64,000 nucleotides of DNA from Hyalangium minutum. GTDB lineage: Bacteria; Myxococcota; Myxococcia; Myxococcales; Myxococcaceae. Below the pieces are notes generated by a model that saw only the letters and a program-made list of their open reading frames with translations, made no database searches and was not told where the DNA came from. Numbering within the stretch: the first letter of the stretch is position 1; every line of letters starts with the position of its first letter. Shown in pieces: positions 56,758 through 64,000 of this stretch. The stretch lies in contig NZ_JMCB01000020.1 in the NCBI RefSeq assembly GCF_000737315.1, forward strand, positions 166,253 to 230,252, written 5' to 3'. The position numbers and the translations under genes were made by a program.

Positions 56758-57132
56758 TCACTGCCCGGTGTAGGTGATCAGAGAGGCCGTGACGTTGACG
56801 CGGTCATGGTCCTCCTCGGTGAACAGCAGGGCATCGGCGCCCAGCTCGCAGGCCTTGGGCCGGAGCGCCTCGATGGCCTCCCGGCGCGAGCCGCTGTTGG
56901 TGCTGGCGCCGCCGACCATGGTCTTCACAGCCTGCTTGTAGGAGATCTCCCCGTACACCTCGTGTGCCCGATCCGGGGGATTCTTGACGAAGATGTCCAG
57001 CTGGCAGTCCGCGGGCTTGGGCTCGGGGAGCCGGCTCTCATCCACGTACCGCACCTTCACGCCTCCACACGCGCAGAGCACCGCGCTGGCGGCGAGGGCG
57101 GGCAGCAGCATGCGCTTCGACGAGGGCTTCAT
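56758..57132 (-). CDS. Small lipoprotein, YbjQ-like fold suspected
   Basis: Lipobox LCAC; YGEI, KACELGADALL. Confidence 0.65.
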   Translation of the reverse strand: MKPSSKRMLLPALAASAVLCACGGVKVRYVDESRLPEPKPADCQLDIFVKNPPDRAHEVYGEISYKQAVKTMVGGASTNSGSRREAIEALRPKACELGADALLFTEEDHDRVNVTASLITYTGQ

Positions 57133-57469
57133 GAGAGCGGCTCCTGAGGGAGAAGAGGAAGCCGCGTCATAGCACACGCTCGCAGGAGCCTGCGCTCCGG
57201 CAAGCAGCGCTTCAACGCTGATCCGAAGACGTACTCGTTGCTGTCACCGAATGCGACCACGTTGGGCAAGCGGACTCCCCCGGCTCCGGAGCAGACAGCG
57301 GCTCCAAGCATGCTTCCGGGTTCAACTCTCAACAGCTCCGCGCCCCGCCGCTTCATCCCACCTATGCGCCGGCGCGTCGGCAGCGGCTCGAAGTGGTTTG
57401 CACGCCCGGAACTTCTCGCAAGAGGATGCGCGCCCGGGTCACTCATCCGCCACGGCAATGGAGACACAC

Positions 57470-58083
57470 ATGGTTCGCTGGATTCAGGGAGCGCTGGTCG
57501 GAGTCATTGCGGTGGTGAGCTGTGCAGTGATGGGTGGATGCGCCGCCATGCGCGGCCAGGGACAAACGAGAGAATTGCCCGCATGGTGAGCGAGTACGAC
57601 GAGGGCATGTCCGCCGCCGAGAGAGTCTTGCCCGACTCGCCCGACGCAGCCGCAAACATCCGAGTGCCCTACCAGCAAGTCCGCCGCTGCCGGGAGGACC
57701 ACCCAAGCGAGGTTCAGGACTATCCGGATGTCGAGGTGCAGACCTCCCGCGGCACCCGCGGCTGTGGCGAGAGGCGCATCTCCCTGACGAGTAATGTGGA
57801 TGGGACGGGTGCCTGGACGCGCCCGATTCGCCAGGCGCAGGATGACGACTACATTCCGAAGCCGTGCGACAAGATGGAGAAGGCGGCCCCGCCTCCGCCC
57901 GGCAAGGATTTCGAATCGGCGCACGCTGGCATCCAGGGCCTCTGCGGCCCGACCGCGCGCATCTATTACCAGGAGTGGCAGCACCGGACGAATGCCCTGG
58001 GCGTGGCGGTGCAGCGCCAAGCGGGCGTCATCTGCCAGGTGGTCGACGAGACGCGTCCGAAGTGGTGGATGGAGAGCTTCTAG
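57470..58083 (+). pseudogene. Frameshifted Cys-containing lipoprotein gene
   Basis: Signal peptide and lipobox VMGGC in one frame (ATG 57470, GGAG RBS); body continues in another frame; one extra G in CAGGGA (~57560) would join them. Confidence 0.55.
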
Positions 58084-58089
58084 CCCTCA

Positions 58090-58385
58090 GCGCGAAGCGG
58101 AGCTCGCCGGGGCCGGCGGGCACCGCCGTGGGCGGCTCGTCCATGGGCGGCCTGGCCGCGCTCTATGCGCACTTCCGCCATCCGGACCTGTTCGGCGCCG
58201 CGCTGTGCATGTCACCGTCCCTGGGGTTCGCGGACAGAAAGATCTTCGACTACGTCGCCGCGCAGCCCAAGCCGTGGACCTCGCGCATCTACATCGACGC
58301 GGGCGCCAAGGAAGACGGGGGCTCCATGGTCGCCGACGCGGAGCGCCTGGTCCACCACCTGCGCGAGCGCGGCTGGGACGGCGGG
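58090..58385 (+). pseudogene. Internal fragment of an alpha/beta-hydrolase (putative esterase family)
   Basis: TAVGGSSMGGLAALY..F.HPDLFG...MSPS, IYIDAG.KE; no start codon, N-terminus or C-terminal catalytic His. Confidence 0.7.
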
Positions 58386-58538
58386 GTCCGTCAGCGGCCT
58401 CCTCGGCCCCTGTGCTCCCTCCCTCCCCCTCAACTGGGACCCCATCCCTCTATGCGCTTGCCTGTTTTTTCATTTTTTTTGGGACGACCGGGAATTCGGG
58501 CCCTCTTCCTCATGAACTCGCCGGTCACAGGAAGAACG

Positions 58539-59033
58539 ATGCGCAAAACGATGATGCCCCTCTTGGCGTTTGCGTCGCTGGCGCTCGTCCCCACGGCCTT
58601 GGCCGGCAACACCGTCCTGGCGCCGCACTCCGGCACGGTGACGGCCACTACGTACAACCCGGATGGCTCGTTCCACGGCGCTGTGGACATCACCCCCAGC
58701 GCCCCCTGCGGCTACTGGGGCGTCTCGACAGGGTTCGTGGGCTCTCTCTTGTGGAACATCACCATCAACAGCACCGCGACCACGTGCACGGCCGCCACCG
58801 GCAACGTGGCCCTGCACACCTTCGCGGACGGAATGGCGTTCCGCGTCAAGGACTTCCTCAGGACCCCCGCCTCGGCCGACAAGACGTGCGATCGCTGCCA
58901 GATCGGAGACTCGGGCATCAACACTCACCTCCAGGTCAACAAGAGCGGCACCAAGGACACCTCCTGGTACTCGGGCTACACCACCCAGGGTGAGGTCATC
59001 GATCTCGGAGAGATCATCGGCGTCATCAACTAG
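58539..59033 (+). CDS. Secreted M23-like protein P1 (catalytically degenerate)
   Basis: Sec signal; HGAVD; TCDRC; HxH position reads NTH; paralog of three neighbours. Confidence 0.7.
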   Translation: MRKTMMPLLAFASLALVPTALAGNTVLAPHSGTVTATTYNPDGSFHGAVDITPSAPCGYWGVSTGFVGSLLWNITINSTATTCTAATGNVALHTFADGMAFRVKDFLRTPASADKTCDRCQIGDSGINTHLQVNKSGTKDTSWYSGYTTQGEVIDLGEIIGVIN

Positions 59034-59096
59034 CGCGCTCCCGTTCCCGAAGTTTCCCCACACACGGGCCGGGAGACCGGCCGAGAGGCACTCACG

Positions 59097-59624
59097 ATGC
59101 GCAACATGATGAAGATGGCCCTGGCGGCGCTGGTTTCCCTGGCGCTCATTCCCACCGCGGCGGCCGCGCACACGGTCAAGGGGCCGTACTCCGGCACGGT
59201 GACGGCCACCACCTATTACCCGAGCGGCGGGTACCACGGCGCCATTGACGTCGCCAGCAGCAATGGCTGCGGCTACTGGGGCGTCGAGACGGCCGTGGTG
59301 GGCTCGGTCTCCTGGAACGTGACCATCATGACCACCGGCACCGTCTGCTACGGCAACGGCTACGAGAACGCGAACACAGCAGTGCACACCTGGGCGGACG
59401 GCTGGAAGTTCCACCTGAAGCACTTCCTCAAGACCGCCAGCTCGTACGACCGGACGTGCGACCGCTGCCAGGTCGGCGACGAGGGCGGAACCGGCCAGGC
59501 CACCGGCCCACACACCCACCTCATGCAGGAGAAGAACGGCACCAAGGACACCTCCTGGTACTCGGGCTACACCACCCAGGGTGAGTTCGTGGACCGCACC
59601 GAGACCCTCGGCGTCCTCGACTGA
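59097..59624 (+). CDS. Secreted M23-like metallopeptidase P2
   Basis: Sec signal; HGAID, LKHF, GGTGQATGPHTH resembling the M23 G.TG.STGPHLH motif. Confidence 0.75.
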   Translation: MRNMMKMALAALVSLALIPTAAAAHTVKGPYSGTVTATTYYPSGGYHGAIDVASSNGCGYWGVETAVVGSVSWNVTIMTTGTVCYGNGYENANTAVHTWADGWKFHLKHFLKTASSYDRTCDRCQVGDEGGTGQATGPHTHLMQEKNGTKDTSWYSGYTTQGEFVDRTETLGVLD

Positions 59625-59756
59625 GCGGCCGCCGCGGAAGCACGCGCCCCCGGGCGCCGAGGCCCTTCGTGAGGACCTGCTCCTCACGCGGGGCCTCTGT
59701 CTTTCCGGGCATTTACGCACTGTGCGCAAACATCCTAGATGCCTCGATTCGCTTGA

Positions 59757-59785
59757 TATCCAAGAATTTAATTATTTCTTGGGAT
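59757..59785. promoter_or_regulatory. AT-rich imperfect palindrome upstream of the HEAT gene pair
   Basis: ATCCAAGAATTTAATTATTTCTTGGGAT, preceded by TTGATA. Confidence 0.4.
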
Positions 59786-59840
59786 GGCGGTGAGTTCGGG
59801 GGCTCTACAGGGATGGAACCCCTCCACCAGGCCCACCGCC

Positions 59841-61055
59841 ATGACTTCAGCATCCAGCTCTTCCCCTCCGTCAGGCACCTCGAGCCGGCGCAAGCCGCTG
59901 CTGGTGGCCGGGGCCGGCCTCGCCGCCCTGCTGGCCGGAGTGGCGCTGATCGGCCGCGGTGGGAGCCAGGAGCGCCCGGCTGAGACGGAGCCCGCCGCCG
60001 CCGCGCAGCAGGCCCAGGCGAAGCAGGACCCGGCGCGCAAGACGGGCACCCCCGGCCCGGCCGCGCCCCTGGCCCCGGGCGAGGAGGCCAAGGCCCCGCG
60101 CTTCACCTCCACCCTCTGCTGGCAGGAACTGGAGCGCTTCAACGAGGGGGTGACGATCCACAACTTCCGCGAGTGGGCCGCGCCCCTGTTGAACTCGCGC
60201 GATGGGCTCGTCCGGGACTTTCTGCAGGAGCGCCTCACGGAGCTCATCGGCAAGAACCCGGCGAATGCGATCGAGGTGCTGGAGTGGTCCCGCGATGCCC
60301 AGGGCAAGTCCTTCAAGGTGTACCTGACGGCCGTGAGGGACTCCGAGGCCGTGCACCAGCCCCAGGTGGCCACGCGGCTCATGGACATGGGCCTGGACAA
60401 CACCCTCCCAGCCGAGCGGCGCGCGGGCCTGATCTCCGCCCTGGACACGCAGAAGCGGCTGGCACCGGCGGCGCTCGACAAGCTCACCACCCTCGCCAAT
60501 GATCCCGCCTCCGTCGATGCGGGCTGGGCCGCGGCCCGCACCATCGCGCGGGTCATGAAGCGCGAGTTCAAGCAGAACGCGAGCATCACCCCCTACATGG
60601 ACAAGCTGCTCACCATCGGGGCCCAGTCGCCCGACGAGCAGGTCCGCTATCTGGGACAGATGATGCCCATGCACGCCGCGCCCCTCCTCGATGCGACGGA
60701 GACCGAGCGGTTCGCGAAGATCCTCGTGGGCGAGGGCAACGAGGACGGCCGGGACGCGGCGGCGCACAACCTCTCCCTGTCCCTGGACAAGGGGAAGGTG
60801 CTGGACCTGTTCGCCAAGACCTTCGAGACCGAGCAGTCGCTGTGCGTGAAATGGGCCCTCTTCCGCTTCTCCGCGCGCACCGCCGGCAAGCGCGCCCTGC
60901 CCGTCATGGCGAACATGGTCGCCATGGACCCGCGCTTCCAGGCCATCTACCAGGACTTCGAGCGCATCTACGCCAGCGGCACCCTGGACTTCGTGCGGCT
61001 CTACAACAGCCTGCCCAACCAGGATCCCTTCAACTGCCTGGATCGCCACGAATGA
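59841..61055 (+). CDS. Membrane-anchored HEAT/ARM-like helical repeat protein
   Basis: N-terminal TM after RRK, Ala/Pro linker, then an all-helical body; ATGA overlap with the next gene. Confidence 0.65.
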   Translation: MTSASSSSPPSGTSSRRKPLLVAGAGLAALLAGVALIGRGGSQERPAETEPAAAAQQAQAKQDPARKTGTPGPAAPLAPGEEAKAPRFTSTLCWQELERFNEGVTIHNFREWAAPLLNSRDGLVRDFLQERLTELIGKNPANAIEVLEWSRDAQGKSFKVYLTAVRDSEAVHQPQVATRLMDMGLDNTLPAERRAGLISALDTQKRLAPAALDKLTTLANDPASVDAGWAAARTIARVMKREFKQNASITPYMDKLLTIGAQSPDEQVRYLGQMMPMHAAPLLDATETERFAKILVGEGNEDGRDAAAHNLSLSLDKGKVLDLFAKTFETEQSLCVKWALFRFSARTAGKRALPVMANMVAMDPRFQAIYQDFERIYASGTLDFVRLYNSLPNQDPFNCLDRHE

Positions 61056-62062
61056 GCACGGGAACTCCCATGACACGCACCTTGTGTTTCCGCACCGGCA
61101 CCCTCCTGCTCGCGCTCACGCTCTGCCCGCTGCTGCCTGGCACCGCCGCAGCCCAGGTGATCGCCCCGGGCCCCGCGCTTCAGGGCGAGAGCTGCTCGGT
61201 CGCAGGGTTGATGGACTCCATCCGCCACGGGCTCAAGTCGAACTCCGAGGCCTACAAGAAGTACCTGCGCACGCTGCTGCGCGAGTCCGCCGTCACCCTG
61301 CCCGATCAGGAGCTGCGGGCCGCGTTCGAGCGGGAGACAGACCCCGTCATGGCCGAGCACCTGGCAGCCGCCATGGTGGCGCGGACCGAGCGCGGGGCGG
61401 ACCCCGAGGCGATCAAGGCCGTGGCGAAGCGGGCCCTGGAGGAGCACGACCCGGCCCTGCGGTCCGCCGCGGTCCGCTCGATGCGGCGCACCAGCGCCCT
61501 GGAGAGCACGGACGGCGCGTACGAGAAGCTGGTGCGCGACGCCTCCCCCGAGGTGCGCCAGGAGGCCGCGACGAACATCGTCGAGGACATCCAGGAGGTC
61601 TACTCGGGCTATCACGGCGTGGCCTCGGACGCCGCGGTGTCGGCCGCGGCCGCCGCCACGGATCCCAAGGTGACGGCGAAGATCCTCGGCAACATGGACA
61701 CCCAGATGATCAGCGCCGGCTCGGCCGGCAAGATTCAGTCGCTGCTGCGCAGCGATGATGCCGAGGTGCGCAGGGCGGCGGCGCTCGCGCTGGGCGGGGT
61801 GCCCGCGGAGCAGATGGCCAACGCCCGGCAGTCGGTGCTCGCCATGTACCGCGACGAGCAGGACGCCAGCGTGCGCAAGGCGCTCCTGCAGAGCATCGCC
61901 CAGTTGGGCTTCTTTGGCGCGATCCCCGAGCTGCAGCGGCTGCGGAGCACCGACCCCAGCCTGGCTCCGGAGATCGACGCATGGATTCGAGTTCTCAGCT
62001 TGGACCTTCAGGAGTGGAACCTGATCCTGAGGGAGAAGCAGCGGCTGCAGCAGGTTCCGTAG
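61052..62062 (+). CDS. Secreted HEAT-repeat protein
   Basis: Signal peptide ending TAAA-Q; D.SPEVRQEAA, DDAEVRRAAALALG, DASVRKALL HEAT motifs. Confidence 0.75.
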   Translation: MSTGTPMTRTLCFRTGTLLLALTLCPLLPGTAAAQVIAPGPALQGESCSVAGLMDSIRHGLKSNSEAYKKYLRTLLRESAVTLPDQELRAAFERETDPVMAEHLAAAMVARTERGADPEAIKAVAKRALEEHDPALRSAAVRSMRRTSALESTDGAYEKLVRDASPEVRQEAATNIVEDIQEVYSGYHGVASDAAVSAAAAATDPKVTAKILGNMDTQMISAGSAGKIQSLLRSDDAEVRRAAALALGGVPAEQMANARQSVLAMYRDEQDASVRKALLQSIAQLGFFGAIPELQRLRSTDPSLAPEIDAWIRVLSLDLQEWNLILREKQRLQQVP

Positions 62063-62112
62063 AGACGTCCATCCCCCCCCAGGGCCGTGAACCGGCTCGA
62101 GAGGAAAAACCG

Positions 62113-62640
62113 ATGCGTAAGACGATGAAGCTGCCCCTGGCAGCCCTGGCTTCCCTGGCGCTTGTCCCCGCGACCGTGACCGCGCACACCGTGAAGGCGC
62201 CGTACACCGCCACGGTCACCACCACCACGTACTACTCGAGCGGCTCGTTCCACGGCGCCGTCGACGTCTCCAGCGGCAGCTGCGACTACTGGGGCGTGGA
62301 GACGGGCGTGGTGGGCTCGGTCTCCTGGAACGTGTCCATCCGGACCACCGCCCACTACTGCAACTCGGGCAACGGCAGCGGCAACCAGAACGAGGCGCTG
62401 CACACCTGGGCGGACGGCTGGCAGTTCCGCATCTGGCACTTCAACAAGACCGCCGCCTCGGTGGACAAGACCTGCGACCGCTGCCAGGTCGGCGACGAGG
62501 GCTCCACCGGTAACTCCACGGGCGCCCACACCCACATGCAGCAGACCAAGAGCGGCACCTACGACACCTCCTGGTACTCGGGCTACACCACCAAGGGTGA
62601 GGCCGTGGACCGCACCGAGACCCTCGGCGTCCTCGACTGA
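62113..62640 (+). CDS. Secreted M23-like metallopeptidase P3
   Basis: Sec signal; HGAVD, IWHF, GSTGNSTGAHTH; closest paralog of P2. Confidence 0.75.
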   Translation: MRKTMKLPLAALASLALVPATVTAHTVKAPYTATVTTTTYYSSGSFHGAVDVSSGSCDYWGVETGVVGSVSWNVSIRTTAHYCNSGNGSGNQNEALHTWADGWQFRIWHFNKTAASVDKTCDRCQVGDEGSTGNSTGAHTHMQQTKSGTYDTSWYSGYTTKGEAVDRTETLGVLD

Positions 62641-62771
62641 TTCAAGCAGCTCGAGGTGAAGCACCGCCTCGGCCAGGGAGCGGGACTTCCCGGTTCCGCT
62701 CTCCGGCCGGCTCTCCGCGGGACTTCCCGCACCTTCCCCACGGGGCTGGGATACCGGCCCGGAACCCTCCC

Positions 62772-63293
62772 ATGCCACGAACGCTGAAGGCCCTGGGCGC
62801 GCTCGCCGCGCTGGCCGCACTCGCCCCCTCCCCCGCTCCCGCCCGCAACGTCGAAGCGCCCCTGGCTGGCACGGTGACAGCCACCACGTACTCCTCGAGC
62901 GGCGCGTTCCACGGCGCCGTGGACATCTCCGGCGGCACTTGCGGCACAACCAACGTCACCACGGCGGTCTTCGGCTCGCTGGCGTGGAACGTGGTCATCA
63001 ACACCGCTAACACCATCTGCTACGCGAACCTCGCCATCCCGCAGAACGAGGTGCGGCACACCTTCGCCGACGGCTTCACGTTCCGCCTGATGCACTTCAA
63101 CCCGTCGGCGGCCTCGTATGACCGGACGTGTGATCGCTGCAACATCGGCAAGGCCAGCTCGCCCGGCAACCCGGACTCCGACATCCACCTCCAGTTGGAC
63201 AAGAGCGGTACCAAGGACACCTCCTGGTACTCGGGCTCCACCACCAAGGGCGAGGCCCTGTCCCTGGGCGAGCGCGTCGGCGTCCTCGACTGA
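62772..63293 (+). CDS. Secreted M23-like protein P4 (partly degenerate)
   Basis: Sec signal; HGAVD, LMHF, TCDRC; HxH position reads DIH. Confidence 0.7.
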   Translation: MPRTLKALGALAALAALAPSPAPARNVEAPLAGTVTATTYSSSGAFHGAVDISGGTCGTTNVTTAVFGSLAWNVVINTANTICYANLAIPQNEVRHTFADGFTFRLMHFNPSAASYDRTCDRCNIGKASSPGNPDSDIHLQLDKSGTKDTSWYSGSTTKGEALSLGERVGVLD

Positions 63294-63548
63294 GCCACCG
63301 TTTTTGGGAGGCTGTCATCTGGGCTCTCTCGCCTTCAGGAGACGTCACCATCAGGGTCCGGCTCCTTCTCGCCAGGTAGGGTGAGGGATGGGAATTTGGA
63401 AAGCAGGTGGTCGCTGTAGAGCGAGACGACATCTTCCAGTGTCTCCGATGCTCACGTGGCCTTGTACGCCCAGCAGATGGAGGACGGGTCGGCCCCGTGG
63501 CGGAAGAAGCTCGGCCTCTGAGCACGCCTCACGGGGACGTTCCAGCGC

Positions 63549-64000
63549 CTACGGCACCATCCCCTCCAGGGCACTCTGCATGATCGCATCATGCCCGTAG
63601 TCAGGAAGGTGGATCCTGTCCGCAGGCGGCGATAGCAGCTTGCCCGCAAGCCTGCTCAAGCCGGGTTTTGTCGCGAGGCTGAGCGCGGCCTGCTGAAGCG
63701 CGATACCGGTGCGAGTCTGCGGCTGGGCAATGCGCGGGCCGAGCTTGGGCACGTCCTGCGCCTGCTCCACGTAGGGCCGCATGATCCGCTCGTAGGCGGC
63801 GAAGGCTTCGGCATGATCCTCGTGTCGGCCAAGCTCGCCGGCGAGCACATAGGCACCGACAAGGGCCAAGCTGGTCCCCATGCCGCTAATGGGGGAGGCG
63901 CACCAGGCGGCATCGCCGGTCAGGACGACGCGGCCGATGGACCACCGATCCATCTTCACCTGGCCAATCGCCTCGAAGTAGAAGTCCCTCGCATCGTCGA
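63549..64000 (-). CDS. FAD-dependent monooxygenase, 3' part (runs off window)
   Basis: RWS.GRVVLTGDAAWCASPISGMGTSLAL.GAYVLAGEL. Confidence 0.88.
   Translation of the reverse strand, partial: DDARDFYFEAIGQVKMDRWSIGRVVLTGDAAWCASPISGMGTSLALVGAYVLAGELGRHEDHAEAFAAYERIMRPYVEQAQDVPKLGPRIAQPQTRTGIALQQAALSLATKPGLSRLAGKLLSPPADRIHLPDYGHDAIMQSALEGMVP

Noticed and set aside
57129-57467. Minus-strand ORF containing LPNVVAFGDSNEYVFG
   Set aside because: May be a remnant, but no family recognised and no convincing start
57864-59033. 389-aa esterase-M23 fusion protein
   Set aside because: Joins an incomplete esterase fragment and low-complexity promoter DNA to P1, which has its own RBS and signal peptide

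Overview
High-GC bacterial chromosomal segment, most likely from a myxobacterium (Archangiaceae/Myxococcaceae-like). This is inferred from the Ser/Thr kinases, sigma54 activator, many Cys-rich lipoproteins and Cys-rich/Ig-repeat surface proteins. About 55 plausible genes were found; most long antisense ORFs in the track are GC shadows. Housekeeping genes include ppk1, ppx, mltG, truB-like, queF, a queA-like gene, a cardiolipin synthase-like PLD and the 5' end of an isocitrate/isopropylmalate dehydrogenase gene. Accessory segments are interleaved with them. No rRNA, tRNA, CRISPR array, integrase or transposase was recognised. Main highlights: (1) 58.5-63.3 kb, four paralogous secreted stand-alone M23-like peptidase domains (two catalytically complete, two missing catalytic His residues) bracketing a coupled pair of exported HEAT-repeat proteins; (2) 32.9-34.3 kb, a cassette flanked by an exact 79-bp direct repeat, carrying a small metzincin-motif lipoprotein and a partner lipoprotein; (3) a 36-46.5 kb compositionally atypical block with a short-loop sensor kinase, GT39 and an RND pump; (4) several apparent pseudo-enzymes and gene remnants. 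All protein family calls come from motif recognition by eye, not from database searches.
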